A DNA stretch of 64,000 nucleotides from Candidatus Latescibacterota bacterium (GTDB lineage: Bacteria; Latescibacterota; UBA2968): assembly GCA_965204375.1 (NCBI GenBank), contig OZ241986.1, forward strand, positions 128,001 through 192,000. The letters run 5' to 3'. Shown here in pieces: positions 32,201 to 43,824 of the stretch. Below the pieces are notes generated by a model. That model was not told where the DNA came from, did no database searches, and saw only the letters and a program-made list of their open reading frames with translations. A program made the position numbers and the translations under genes. The stretch's first letter is position 1. Every line of letters starts with the position of its first letter.

Positions 32201-32648
32201 TCCCGAAATCAACAGCTATTTTCCCGCATTTGGTGAACTCATCGACGAAGTTAACGGTATGCTCATAGCTCCTTTTGCCATTCTGGGTATTCTGTTTGTC
32301 TTTTGGCGCGTGATAGGCAAGATAAATCTACTGATTCTCGGCGTAGTGCTCGTCCTCCTTTTTCAATATGTGGCCTCACCAGCGAAAGATTTTTATCACG
32401 CAGGCATTCTTCTCGCCAAAAGCATTCCATATTGGGTGATTATGGCGTTCCTCATTTTGAAGTATATCCGCTTCAATCTGCTCTTTTATGCCGTGATGAC
32501 CTGGTGTTCAATTATTTTTGTCGGCATTCGCTATCTCAAATACGATCCCAGTATTTATCAGGTCAATGGGATTCTCATGGTTCTCTTTGGCCTCGTTCCT
32601 CTCATTCTTGCCGTTCTCGCATGGTACAAAGCGCGATCCTCGGTGTAG
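29247..32648 (+). CDS. Large membrane protein with CPBP (Abi/CAAX) intramembrane protease domain, internally duplicated
   Basis: EEFLFR, WAFLH, HYVYN motifs; two RWFKPL.KEEL...NRMDH modules. Confidence 0.85.
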   Translation: MTRRDALWIVCFLVAGALGLTCYIQFFDRALPVASLNFRVDREQAYQSAEAYLDRLGYDLTDYESAQVFSYSSLPQVFLERTLGLEEANQLVREWVSVWYWNIRWFKPLQKEELRVRIDPGGRIVGFTHSILESDEGASLSEEDARVIAETFLTDVQGFQLDDYEPIEASSIERPNRMDHTFTYRKKDFVVGDDGHYRLRVTVKGDKAGYFAEYLKVPETFSRNYREIRSRAGLLTNIASVFAFALGIAMVVVLVRKYRQRTLIWRAALGVGILVVATTFLGAVNGYPITRFGYDTTQSFVSFILTFIFYTCLLGAVLSGIMIALSGAAGGAAAQDVEGWKNPLARLSLRGWRSASFARITLVGYGLAFAHLGYVTIFYILGNDYLGVWSPAAMTQYSNTYSTYLPWIYPLLIGLVAATSEEFLFRLLAISLLIRWLKKPWLAVLIPAIVWAFLHANYPQEPIYIRGLELTVVGVIFGIVFLRYGVWATIISHYVYNCFLGIYPMVQSDSLYFKVSGILAVAIIFIPAIPAIFGVITGRYKEIEEPEEVSPPEPPQDAVPETAMPEPEPPAEPEVERKTPSDYLIPKSGLVVFGILGLIGWSVYFSFTPPGFAKYARESIITRAEAVEKAENIRRQLGLELEGYQRTTSFSSGFRSGHFIHLIRNVDLAHADTLAAEHTASWRWRVRWFKPLEKEELTISIDGNGDFCRISHYVPENREGAELSTEEAQKIAEAFLSGYLQRDVTDTALYKRLEARSQKRENRMDHSFVWERTDIKVEEGEFRIIASVQGDQIGQTNAYYKAPEEFLRKLRERTAKSTIVSTVSTIAVIVTAVLAIIFFLRAYRNGQVNWQLPIRVGILSGACFVLERLNNLPTFYGNYNTSEAMSTFLGDKLIDLVIGLVIAAIMAFLISAFGDTMYRRERPREMQISDWIDVLRLKINSTALWWQVVFLVVCYFGLTRGNSIFSSYINLTYLGDYLGAGGGAPPEINSYFPAFGELIDEVNGMLIAPFAILGILFVFWRVIGKINLLILGVVLVLLFQYVASPAKDFYHAGILLAKSIPYWVIMAFLILKYIRFNLLFYAVMTWCSIIFVGIRYLKYDPSIYQVNGILMVLFGLVPLILAVLAWYKARSSV

Positions 32649-32651
32649 GAG

Positions 32652-33872
32652 GTGTCTGTGACCCCTATCCGCACGGCATGGCCGACTTCGGTAGCGGAGG
32701 AGGCTTACTGGCAGTCGATTCGCAAGCAGTATATGATTGCGCCGGATGAAGTTTATCTCAATACTGGCTCTTTTGGTTCACAGCCCAGGCCCGTGTTTGA
32801 GAAGATGTTGGAAATATTGGAGGATGTTGAACGCAACCCTACGCGACATCGGGCGGAATACAACAGCGTTGTAGATAACTCTCGCGCTCATCTGGCAGCG
32901 TTTATCAATGCGCCGGCAGAGGATATCGCTTTTGCCACCAATGTTACTATGGCTATCAACATGGTGGTGCATGGGCTGGATTGGCGTCCTGGCGATGAAA
33001 TCCTGGCTTCAAATCAGGAGTACGGCGCGATTGACAACTGCTTGCACCTGGCTGAGCGCCGCTATGGCGTGGTGGTCAAGCGCGCCCAAATCCCCATTCC
33101 TCCCGATCATCCTGAAGATATACTGAATGCTTTTGAAAGTGAATTTACAGGTCGCACCAGACTGGTTTTTTGCAGCCATATCACCACTCGTACAGGTTTG
33201 ATCACTCCGATTAGAGCACTGGCCCAACTGGCCCACGACCGCGGTGCGCTGATTGCAGTAGATGGCGCGCACGCTCCTGGGATGATCCCGCTGAACTTGC
33301 GGGATCTCGGTTGCGATTTTTACGGCGGCAATTGTCACAAATGGCTCTGTGCGCCCAAAGGCACGGGTTTTCTTTATGCTTCATCTTCAATGCAAGAACG
33401 ACTCAATCACGTTGTTGTGAGTTGGGGATATAGCCAGGAAGGCGCGAGGAGGGGGGCAGACGGCATTTTGCGGATCAATGACCGTCCGTTTATGTGGGGT
33501 ATTGAGAATTGGGGTACCCGGGATCAGGCCTGTTTTGCAGCGGTGAGCGCAGCGGTTGAATTTCAAGAGGCGGTTGGCAAAAAGCGGATTCGGGAACGGG
33601 GGCAGCAACTGGCGGCGTACTTGCGGGATCGTTTGGCTGCAACTGGTTGGGCAAAACTGCTTACGCCTTCCGTGCCCGATCTATCTGGATCGATCTCGGC
33701 TTTCCATCTTTCCGGATTCGACGATCTGGATCTTTATGAGCGATACCGGATTACTGTGCCGACTGCAAAGCGCGATGACGTTTACTGGATTCGCGTTTCT
33801 ACCCATATCTGCAATGGCTTTGACCATGTAGATCGTTTGATAGATGCTTTATACGAACAAAAAAATAAATGA
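32652..33872 (+). CDS. Class V PLP enzyme (isopenicillin N epimerase-like)
   Basis: YLNTGSFG, DGAH, NCHKWLCAPKG. Confidence 0.9.
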   Translation: MSVTPIRTAWPTSVAEEAYWQSIRKQYMIAPDEVYLNTGSFGSQPRPVFEKMLEILEDVERNPTRHRAEYNSVVDNSRAHLAAFINAPAEDIAFATNVTMAINMVVHGLDWRPGDEILASNQEYGAIDNCLHLAERRYGVVVKRAQIPIPPDHPEDILNAFESEFTGRTRLVFCSHITTRTGLITPIRALAQLAHDRGALIAVDGAHAPGMIPLNLRDLGCDFYGGNCHKWLCAPKGTGFLYASSSMQERLNHVVVSWGYSQEGARRGADGILRINDRPFMWGIENWGTRDQACFAAVSAAVEFQEAVGKKRIRERGQQLAAYLRDRLAATGWAKLLTPSVPDLSGSISAFHLSGFDDLDLYERYRITVPTAKRDDVYWIRVSTHICNGFDHVDRLIDALYEQKNK

Positions 33873-33893
33873 ATTTAGTTGCTTTTATGATAA

Positions 33894-35450
<1,557 letters not shown>

Positions 35451-35472
35451 GTTATCTGTTTTAGTACATGAC

Positions 35473-35510
35473 AAAGCGCTGTGCAGAAGTGTTCTGCACA
35501 GCGCTTTTTT
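35473..35510 (+). terminator. Intrinsic terminator, possibly bidirectional
   Basis: 16-bp perfect stem followed by T run. Confidence 0.85.
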
Positions 35511-35525
35511 ATATGTTGATGCGAT

Positions 35526-38500
35526 TCAGGCTCTTTTTGCCACGGCTACAATCCGCTTTGTATATCCCGACAGGTCGTCCATGAGCGAATATATGGTGGG
35601 CAAGATGACGAGCGTGAGGATGGTAGAGATCGAGAGACCAGAAATAATGACCAGCCCAATTGGTCCCCAACGTCTGGCATTGCCTTCGACATTGCCGTAA
35701 ATCATCGGAATAACCAGCGGCGTAAGCCCCAGGATGGTCGTGGTTGCAGTCATCAATATGGGACGCAGGCGATCTTGTCCGCCGCGCAAGATCGCATCTC
35801 TGCGATATAGCCCCTGTTTGCGATAGCGATTGATGTGGTCGATTAATACAATGCCGTTGTTGACCACAATGCCAAATAAAATGAGCAACCCATAAGTCGC
35901 ATTGCTATCCAGCGCAATACCGAATATGTAAAGTCCCAATGCGACACCTATAAACGCAAAACTGATCGAAAACATGATGGTAAATGGATGGATGTACGAT
36001 TCAAATAGCGATGCCATGATCAGATAAATGAGCAGTGCTGCGAAAATCATAGTGAAATTTGTTTCACCCTCTTCTGAAGCCATATAGCGGAAGCGTCGAT
36101 CCATCTGCCAACTATACCCCTGGGGCAATGGGATGGCATCCATGCGATCGCGCATTTCATAACCGACCGTTTGGACTTCCGATGCTTCCGTATTCGCGAA
36201 CACGGTTACGGTTGACATTCGGTCCTGACGCTCGATGGATCGGGGACCTTTGGTCAATTCAAAATCGGCCAGGCTGGCAAATGAAATCATAGTGCCGCGG
36301 TTGTTTTCAAAGGAGAGGGTCTTGAGTTGATCCAGCGTGGCGCGATCCTCTTCTCGCAATTGTAGCGCGATATCTATTTCTCCATCCGGCGTTTTGAATT
36401 TGCTATTTCCGCGTGCTCCCAATGCCGTGGCAACAGTTGTAGCTATTTGCTGCGGTGACAGGCCGTATTGTTGCGCGCGTTCTCTCCTCACTGAGACCCT
36501 GATTTCTTCTGTTCCACTTTCCAGGCTGGTTTCCACGTCGTGAATGCCCTCAATATCGTCCATTCGCAGTCGAATATCTTCGGCCAGGATCGCCAGAACT
36601 TCGGGATTTCGCCCTTTGACTTCTACCCCGACGCCCGTGCCACTGCTACCACCTCGCCTGAAGCCCGCCTTAAAACGCACGCCCGGGATGTCTTTGGGCA
36701 GCAAAGCACTTACCTTTTTTTTCACATCGTCTGTGCTCAACGGGCTTTCTTCGACGGGTTTTAGGTACAAATAAATCGTATTGCCGCGTCGGGTGCTAAA
36801 TCGCGTTTTTATCGCTTCGATATCCAATTCTTCCTTTTGCGGGAGGAGAATGGCTTCGATTTGTTTGAAAAGCGCGAGTGCGTCGTCGATATCGTAAGTT
36901 CGCGGCATTTCCACCATATAGCCCACCATGCGGTCGGGTTGATAGCGATAGCGCTGTACTTCAATTTTGGTAAAAATGTATATGCCGCCGAATAGGATAA
37001 ATATAGCGACGACAACGGTGGTCCAGCGATAGTGCAGAGTTGTGCTAATTACGCGCGTGTAAACACCTTTGAGACCAAGATGCCGAAAGCGAAAATAGAG
37101 ATAGCCAGTTGTGGTGAGAAATACCCCCAGCGCGATCCACACGGCTATTGGCACGGTTGAAAGCCCGCCCAAAATCCACAGCGTATTATCTTTGAGCCAG
37201 TTGGCCGATTCGACAATGCCCTCTTGGTAAATGAGATACGCCGCGCATGTGGCAAATAAAGTGCCCAATCCAATTTTTAAGAAGAGATCAACGCGAGTAC
37301 CCGCATTTGAAAATGCCCGGGAGCAGGCCAGGGGTATGAGTGTTAAAGCCACGCATAGTGCGGCTACGACTGCAATGCACACGGTGATGGCAAAATCGCG
37401 CATCCACATTGTATTGTACGAGCCAGAAATAAAGATGAGGGGTACAAATACACATATTGTCGTCAGTGCCGCCGCCAGTACGGGTATGCCGATTTCGCGG
37501 CTGCCCTCAATTGCTGCGGTTCGCGTGCCATCGCCTACATCAAAACGCCTGCGGTAAATATTTTCCAGAGCCACGACCGCTGGATCGACCAGCATCCCAA
37601 TGGCGACCATCAGCCCCATCATCGAGATCATGTTCAGCGTGATAGTCGATCCAAACACTTGCCGCATCAGATACATGATCATAAAAACGCACAATACCGA
37701 AATGGGAATGGCGGACCCCACAATGAGCGTGCTGCGGAAGTTTCGCAAAAACACAAAAATGATGCCAATAGCCAGCATACCTCCCAACATGGCGGATTGC
37801 CCCAGACTGGCGATGCCCCTCACCACTGCTTCTGATTGGTCTCGGCGCAAGTGCAATCGCAATTTGTCGCGCCCAATTTCATCTTGAAGAGCGTCTAACT
37901 CTGCCCGGACCAGTCGGCAGGTTTCTACCAGATTGGCTGTCGAGGTCTTGCGAATTTCCATAGAGACCACATCGCGCCCGTCCATGCGTTCAAAATATCG
38001 CTTTTCCGGATAGTCGTAACTCACCTGCGCCACATCTTCCATATTCAGACCATTGGGAAGTGTGAGGTCGCGAATTTGATCTACATTTTCAAATTCGCCC
38101 ACTGCCCGAACCGCGAGGCGTTTGTCGCCTTCTGTGACATAACCGCCAGAAATATTGATGTTGTTGGAGCGTATCGTTCTGTTGAGGGTGCGAATGTCCA
38201 GGCCATAGGCATGCATGCGATTTTTATCGACATCGACTCTGAGTATTCTTTCGTCGGCACCTTCCATTTCGACATTGCCCACCCCGGGGATGCGTTGCAA
38301 GCGCGGCAAAATCGTGTTTTTATATACTGTGACGAGTTCAGATTGATTATCGCCCAGCCAGATCATATTGTAGTCCAGAATTTCCCAATCCGACGAGTCC
38401 CATCTGCGCATCTCAATGCGTTCGAGGTCTTCGGGAAGCCTGCCGCGAACTTGATCTATGCGATCTCGTACCTGAATAGATTTGAGATCCATATCGGTAC

Positions 38501-38792
38501 CGTAGTCAAATTCCATGAACACATAACCCCGACTGTCATAGGATCGCGCGCGGAGTGATTCAACGCCGGGAATCGTGCCCAGCATCTCTTCGATTGGTTT
38601 GGTAATTTCCTTTTGGATCTCTTCGGGCGATGACGAGGGATATGTATAGCTCACATACATTCTGGGATACTGCAAGTCGGGCGCGTATTCGAGCGGCAAT
38701 CTGAATAGGGAAATAAAACCCATGACTATGAGACTGAGCGCTATCATTACAGCAGTAATGGGTTTGTTGATCGCGTATTCCGAGAGTTTCAT
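35526..38792 (-). CDS. RND (AcrB family) efflux permease
   Basis: GIVVNNGIVL, RLRPILMT; TM4 reads GMLVDPAVV. Confidence 0.93.
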   Translation of the reverse strand: MKLSEYAINKPITAVMIALSLIVMGFISLFRLPLEYAPDLQYPRMYVSYTYPSSSPEEIQKEITKPIEEMLGTIPGVESLRARSYDSRGYVFMEFDYGTDMDLKSIQVRDRIDQVRGRLPEDLERIEMRRWDSSDWEILDYNMIWLGDNQSELVTVYKNTILPRLQRIPGVGNVEMEGADERILRVDVDKNRMHAYGLDIRTLNRTIRSNNINISGGYVTEGDKRLAVRAVGEFENVDQIRDLTLPNGLNMEDVAQVSYDYPEKRYFERMDGRDVVSMEIRKTSTANLVETCRLVRAELDALQDEIGRDKLRLHLRRDQSEAVVRGIASLGQSAMLGGMLAIGIIFVFLRNFRSTLIVGSAIPISVLCVFMIMYLMRQVFGSTITLNMISMMGLMVAIGMLVDPAVVALENIYRRRFDVGDGTRTAAIEGSREIGIPVLAAALTTICVFVPLIFISGSYNTMWMRDFAITVCIAVVAALCVALTLIPLACSRAFSNAGTRVDLFLKIGLGTLFATCAAYLIYQEGIVESANWLKDNTLWILGGLSTVPIAVWIALGVFLTTTGYLYFRFRHLGLKGVYTRVISTTLHYRWTTVVVAIFILFGGIYIFTKIEVQRYRYQPDRMVGYMVEMPRTYDIDDALALFKQIEAILLPQKEELDIEAIKTRFSTRRGNTIYLYLKPVEESPLSTDDVKKKVSALLPKDIPGVRFKAGFRRGGSSGTGVGVEVKGRNPEVLAILAEDIRLRMDDIEGIHDVETSLESGTEEIRVSVRRERAQQYGLSPQQIATTVATALGARGNSKFKTPDGEIDIALQLREEDRATLDQLKTLSFENNRGTMISFASLADFELTKGPRSIERQDRMSTVTVFANTEASEVQTVGYEMRDRMDAIPLPQGYSWQMDRRFRYMASEEGETNFTMIFAALLIYLIMASLFESYIHPFTIMFSISFAFIGVALGLYIFGIALDSNATYGLLILFGIVVNNGIVLIDHINRYRKQGLYRRDAILRGGQDRLRPILMTATTTILGLTPLVIPMIYGNVEGNARRWGPIGLVIISGLSISTILTLVILPTIYSLMDDLSGYTKRIVAVAKRA

Positions 38793-38885
38793 AAACAGAC
38801 CTCAAAAGGGCGAAAAATGAAGGTTGAAGTGAGAAGTGAGATGCGAATTTCAGTATCATCCATCAGCGGCTGAGACTGATTTCGC

Positions 38886-38903
38886 TAAGTAACCATTTAC
38901 TTA
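38886..38903. promoter_or_regulatory. Palindromic operator candidate
   Basis: TAAGTAA-CCAT-TTACTTA in the divergent intergenic region. Confidence 0.45.
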
Positions 38904-39056
38904 CTTACGGTTAATATACCACATTTCACCACAAAAGCAACCACAGTTTTTTAAAAATTTCACCGTTACAGAAAAGACTTGCGATTTTGCTTCAATAGAT
39001 ATTTCATGCTGAAGTCTGGAGCATAATCACACATTTACTTTCCAAAGGAGACTTCC

Positions 39057-39938
39057 ATGGGCAATCGCGTCAATCGCGCAGTTGAGTTGCTTTCACAAGA
39101 TCAACCGATCTATTACACAGGTGCACACACAGGGCATGTGCTTACGTTTGAACAGGGACAGAATGACGCCAGTACCTGGGCGGATTATATCAATGTGGGT
39201 ATGGAACACGGGGCTTTTAATCTGGGAGGGCTTGACGATTATATGCGCGGCCTGGTCAGCGGGGGACCTACTAATAGTGGGCACAGGACGCCCGCTGTTA
39301 TTGTTGAAGCTCCGGTGGAGGGCGCGTCGGAAAATATTGTGCGCTATAATGCCTGGCAATTTCGGCAGATTCTCGCGCGCGGTGTACACGGCGTGTTGCT
39401 CTGTCAGGCGGAATCGCCCGATGCGATACGCGCTTTTGTCGAATCGTGTCGCTATCCCATTAACAGAATTGGTGTTGGACACGGCCTCAGTACAGGTACG
39501 CGAGGCGTAGGGTCCGAGTCGTCGGCAACAGCGATATGGGGTGTTAGCCGCGATGAGTATATCCAGAAGGCCGATCCCTATCCGCTGAATCCCGATGGCG
39601 AGTTGCTGTTGGGCATCAAGATTGAGAATGTGCGCGGCGCATCTAATATCGAACAGATTCTCAAGGTGCCAGGCATTGGGTTTGCCGAAATGGGACCGGG
39701 TGATTTGAGTATGTCGATGGGGTATTTGCACCGTCCAACGCCTTTTTCTCCCGAAATGCAAGAGGTGAGGGATCGCGTGAAGGCCGCGTGTGCAGAAAAT
39801 GGCGTTGCTTTTCTCGAGGGGGGTAGTCCCGAGACGGTTGCGGCAAAAATAGACGAGGGCGTGCGCGTGGTTTCTGGGGGCAGGGAAGAGATCGCGCGTA
39901 TTGGACGCGAATATTCAGGTCGTCGCATGCCGGTTTAG
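39057..39938 (+). CDS. HpcH/HpaI aldolase/citrate lyase family protein
   Basis: MEHG, GTRG, KIE, GPGDL. Confidence 0.85.
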   Translation: MGNRVNRAVELLSQDQPIYYTGAHTGHVLTFEQGQNDASTWADYINVGMEHGAFNLGGLDDYMRGLVSGGPTNSGHRTPAVIVEAPVEGASENIVRYNAWQFRQILARGVHGVLLCQAESPDAIRAFVESCRYPINRIGVGHGLSTGTRGVGSESSATAIWGVSRDEYIQKADPYPLNPDGELLLGIKIENVRGASNIEQILKVPGIGFAEMGPGDLSMSMGYLHRPTPFSPEMQEVRDRVKAACAENGVAFLEGGSPETVAAKIDEGVRVVSGGREEIARIGREYSGRRMPV

Positions 39939-39947
39939 TTAAAAAAT

Positions 39948-39974
39948 AGGGCTGTGCGATGTTTGCACAGCCCT
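39948..39974 (-). terminator. Terminator hairpin between convergent genes
   Basis: AGGGCTGTGC/GCACAGCCCT with T run on minus strand. Confidence 0.7.
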
Positions 39975-40001
39975 GGAGGTTCGATTTAATTTAATACGCG
40001 C

Positions 40002-40475
40002 TTAAAATGGATTGCCCTGGCGGGCCAGCTCAAATTTTCGCCAGCCGACTTGTTTGTCATTTTCGAATACTTTTTGTATGACGTAAAAGGAGGACGGATC
40101 GTATTCTCGCCAGACGCCCGTTTTCTTTCCCTCCAGATATCGGCCTTCTTCTTTTTTTACACCGTTTCTAAAATAAGATATCCAATGCCCGTCTTTTAAA
40201 CCATTTGTCCAGTTGCCTTCTGTTTTTTTCTGTCCATTGCTGTAAAATGTGATTTCAAGCCCGTCTTGCATGACGCCATTTTTGTATGTACCCTGCCCGC
40301 GCACGTTGCCCGCGGCATCGTAATATGTCCAAACTCCAGCGCGGGCACCACTGTCGTATTGCCCTTCTGCCAGTACGCGGCCGTATTGTTTTATTTGTGT
40401 CTGTCCTTCAAATAGCGCGGGCATCTGACACCCGGCTGTGAGGATTCCCACGAGAAGAATTAAAACTCTGATCAT
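40002..40475 (-). CDS. MORN-variant repeat (YwqK-like) lipoprotein
   Basis: TAGC lipobox; G.W..YY.NG.K..EG.Y repeats. Confidence 0.8.
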   Translation of the reverse strand: MIRVLILLVGILTAGCQMPALFEGQTQIKQYGRVLAEGQYDSGARAGVWTYYDAAGNVRGQGTYKNGVMQDGLEITFYSNGQKKTEGNWTNGLKDGHWISYFRNGVKKEEGRYLEGKKTGVWREYDPSSFYVIQKVFENDKQVGWRKFELARQGNPF

Positions 40476-40700
40476 TTATTTTCTCCTGTGTTGTTCTTTG
40501 ATAAATATTTTGCTACAATAGAACTAATATACACAACTGTTTTCATAAGGCAAGATGAAATGATAAATGACTTGTTTAATACGTGCGCGTGCTGACTAAT
40601 ATCATACCAGATCTCAACCGCAAAGCGATTGTACTCAACGATCTCTTTATTGTCACAATCTTCTTCTCATTGTAATTTTTTATAAAATAAAGAATCCAAT

Positions 40701-41426
40701 ATGTTACTCATCGAACTCGGTCAACGCCTTCGCGCTCAACGGGAACGCCTTGGCCTCAAGCAAAACGATATTGCCAATGCCCTGCAGGTAAGCCCACAGG
40801 CTGTCTCCAAGTGGGAAAGGGGTGAAAACGGTCCCGATATTGCCACTTTGGGACCGCTTGCCAGATTGCTCGGCGTTTCCACGGACTGGCTTTTGGATGC
40901 ACATAGCGAAAATCAAGATGTTTTTGATGCTACTATCTTCACCTCTACAGTTGTCGGTGCATACCAAAAATCATTGCAAATGGAAGCGCGGGAGTTTGCA
41001 GCCTGGGCAAATGGTATTTTGTTTCAACTGACCGAAGCTGTTTTGCGCCACGATGGCGTTCCGCTCAGATATATGGGAGACGCATTTTTGTGTTTTTTTT
41101 CTGGCGTTCACCATCAGCTTCGCGCTGTTCAGGCAGCGGCATTTTCTCAGCGGCTCATCAGTGAGGACCTGGTCATCGGCTTGAGTAGCGGTGAGATTTA
41201 TTTGGGCGCAATGGGGCATCCCGATTACGCCCATCCCGATGTGACAGGCGAAGTGGTCAACATCGCATTTATTGTCCGAGAATGGGCAGAAACAAATGTC
41301 CGCAAAGGAATTGCAGCAACGACATCCGTATTGAACAATCTCGATGAAGTTTTTGATATTTCCCAACCCACAGAAATCAATTTTCGCGGCATCAAAACGC
41401 CCATCTCACTGGTCAGAATCAGATAG
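40701..41426 (+). CDS. XRE-family HTH fused to class III nucleotide-cyclase-like domain
   Basis: VSPQAVSKWERG...PD; YMGDAF, IGLSSGEI, GEVVNIA. Confidence 0.8.
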   Translation: MLLIELGQRLRAQRERLGLKQNDIANALQVSPQAVSKWERGENGPDIATLGPLARLLGVSTDWLLDAHSENQDVFDATIFTSTVVGAYQKSLQMEAREFAAWANGILFQLTEAVLRHDGVPLRYMGDAFLCFFSGVHHQLRAVQAAAFSQRLISEDLVIGLSSGEIYLGAMGHPDYAHPDVTGEVVNIAFIVREWAETNVRKGIAATTSVLNNLDEVFDISQPTEINFRGIKTPISLVRIR

Positions 41427-41469
41427 GGCGTTCCCTGCCGCGTATGCCAACCGAGAGAAAGGATAAAAT

Positions 41470-42921
41470 ATGGCCGATATAGTGTTACCCGATAGCGCGA
41501 CTGATATTCAAATTCCCGATTATTCGCATCTGCCCTATAAAGTCGCCGATATGTCTCAGGCAGATTTTGGACGGAAAGAGATTACAATTGCCGAGCGCGA
41601 AATGCCCGGGTTGATGGCTGTGCGCGAAAAATACGCAGATCAGAAACCTCTGAAAGGTGCCCGCATAATGGGATCTCTGCACATGACGATTCAGACGGCT
41701 GTGTTGATCGAGTCGCTCAAAGTGCTGGGGGCCGATGTGCGCTGGGCGTCGTGTAATATTTTTTCTACGCAGGATCACGCCGCTGCCGCTATTGCGGAAA
41801 CAGGTACGCCGGTTTATGCATGGAAGGGCGAGTCGCTGGAAGAATACTGGGAATGCACTTTGCAGGCACTCAATTTTGTGGAGGGTGGACCGACACTTAT
41901 TGTCGATGATGGAGGGGATGCGACGCTGCTGGTCCATCGGGGGTATCAGGCGGAAGATGACTCCTCGATTCTCGATGAGCCGACTGATAATCGCGAATTG
42001 GAGATTGTCAATGCCGTGCTCAGGCGGCAACTCGAACGCAATCCGCGTTTTTGGCACAATATGGCCGCTGATATTCAAGGAGTTTCAGAGGAGACCACAA
42101 CGGGAGTTCACCGCCTGTATCAGATGCGGGATGAGGGCAAGCTTCTCTTTCCCGCGATCAATGTCAACGATTCGGTGACCAAATCGAAATTCGATAATCT
42201 CTATGGCTGCCGCGAGTCACTCGCCGATGGTATTAAGCGCGCGACAGATGTTATGGTCGCCGGAAAGGTCGTTTGTGTGTGTGGTTATGGCGATGTGGGT
42301 AAGGGGTGTGCCCAATCTATGCGGGGATTTGGTGCGCGCGTGTTGGTGACGGAAATTGATCCGATATGCGCCTTACAAGCGGCAATGGAGGGGTTTGAAG
42401 TGACGACTGTGGAAGATGCTCTTTCCGAAGCCAATATTTTTGTGACGACGACGGGCAATACGGATATTATTCGCATTGAGCACATGGAAAATATGCTCGA
42501 CCAATCCATTGTGTGCAATATCGGGCATTTTGACAATGAAATTCAGGTCGATAAGCTGGGTGATTACCCGGGTATTGTGCACGAAAATATCAAGCCGCAG
42601 GTCGATAAATACACGTTTCCAGATGGGCGTGCGATCTTTTTGCTCGCAGAAGGCCGTCTGGTCAATCTCGGCTGTGCGACCGGGCATCCTTCTTTTGTGA
42701 TGTCCAATTCGTTTACCAATCAGGTGCTGGCGCAGATGGACCTGTGGGTACAGCAGCGCGAAATTGGCGTTTATACCCTGCCCAAACACCTCGATGAGGA
42801 GGTCGCGCGGCTCCACCTCGAAAAACTCGGTGTAAAGTTGACCGAACTCACGCAGAAACAGGCCGATTATATTGGCGTGTCCGTCGAAGGTCCGTATAAA
42901 CCCGATCATTATCGGTATTGA
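41470..42921 (+). CDS. ahcY: Adenosylhomocysteinase
   Basis: [35 protein letters not shown]. Confidence 0.98.
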   Translation: MADIVLPDSATDIQIPDYSHLPYKVADMSQADFGRKEITIAEREMPGLMAVREKYADQKPLKGARIMGSLHMTIQTAVLIESLKVLGADVRWASCNIFSTQDHAAAAIAETGTPVYAWKGESLEEYWECTLQALNFVEGGPTLIVDDGGDATLLVHRGYQAEDDSSILDEPTDNRELEIVNAVLRRQLERNPRFWHNMAADIQGVSEETTTGVHRLYQMRDEGKLLFPAINVNDSVTKSKFDNLYGCRESLADGIKRATDVMVAGKVVCVCGYGDVGKGCAQSMRGFGARVLVTEIDPICALQAAMEGFEVTTVEDALSEANIFVTTTGNTDIIRIEHMENMLDQSIVCNIGHFDNEIQVDKLGDYPGIVHENIKPQVDKYTFPDGRAIFLLAEGRLVNLGCATGHPSFVMSNSFTNQVLAQMDLWVQQREIGVYTLPKHLDEEVARLHLEKLGVKLTELTQKQADYIGVSVEGPYKPDHYRY

Positions 42922-42945
42922 TGATAGGGGATTTGCTACTTTTTT

Positions 42946-43824
42946 ATGCGATTTTTAGACTATTTTACCGGCAATCAACCGGTCATTTCCTTTGAGATTT
43001 ATCCGCCGCAGACGCAGGGTGGTATGCGCGCCCTCAAAGCGCGGGTTGTGCCCAATTTGCTCAAGCTGAATCCCAGTTATATGACGGTTACGTATGGCGC
43101 GGGTGGTTCTACCCGCGTCAAAACGCTGGAGATTGCCTCGCTTATCCAGAACGAATTTGGTCTGACTGCAGCGTGTCATCTCACCTGTGTGGGGTCGTCC
43201 CGAACGGATATCGATGATATTCTGAAGGCGATTCGCACAGAGGGTATTCGCAATATTGTCGCGCTTCGCGGCGATCCACCCCGTGGCGAAGATACTTTTG
43301 TGCCAGCGAAGGATGGATTTGCATACGGCAATGAGCTTGTGGCGCATATTCGCAGTACAGAACCGAAAGACGATGGGTTTGGGTTGGCTGTTGCGGGATA
43401 TCCCGAGAAACACCTCGAAGCACCCGATTTTGATACGGATATTGCAAATTTGAAGCGCAAGGTCGAGTCAGGTGGGGATATTGTTATTACGCAGCTTTTT
43501 TATAATAACGATTATTTTTTTCGCTTTGTCGATCGCGTGCGCGCAGCCAATATTACAGCACCTGTTGTTCCGGGTTTGATGCCGATTCTCTCGGCAGGGC
43601 AGATTCAGCGCATCGCGTCTTTGTGCGGGTCTGAGATTCCGGAGGATTTGCAGGATCAACTCAAGGGGGCTGTGGATGATGAAGACAAGGCGATGAAGAT
43701 CGGTATTGATCAGTGCATTGGACAAGCAACCGAATTGCTCGAACAGGGCGTGCCGGGGATTCACTTTTACGTGCTGAATAAATCAACTCACATGCGCCGG
43801 ATTATCAGTGCGCTTCCTCTCTAA
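42946..43824 (+). CDS. metF: 5,10-methylenetetrahydrofolate reductase
   Basis: SFEIYPP, VTYGAGG, ALRGD, TQLF, HFY. Confidence 0.96.
   Translation: MRFLDYFTGNQPVISFEIYPPQTQGGMRALKARVVPNLLKLNPSYMTVTYGAGGSTRVKTLEIASLIQNEFGLTAACHLTCVGSSRTDIDDILKAIRTEGIRNIVALRGDPPRGEDTFVPAKDGFAYGNELVAHIRSTEPKDDGFGLAVAGYPEKHLEAPDFDTDIANLKRKVESGGDIVITQLFYNNDYFFRFVDRVRAANITAPVVPGLMPILSAGQIQRIASLCGSEIPEDLQDQLKGAVDDEDKAMKIGIDQCIGQATELLEQGVPGIHFYVLNKSTHMRRIISALPL

Noticed and set aside
41427-41469. SAH riboswitch before ahcY
   Set aside because: Only 43 nt and no recognisable SAH consensus
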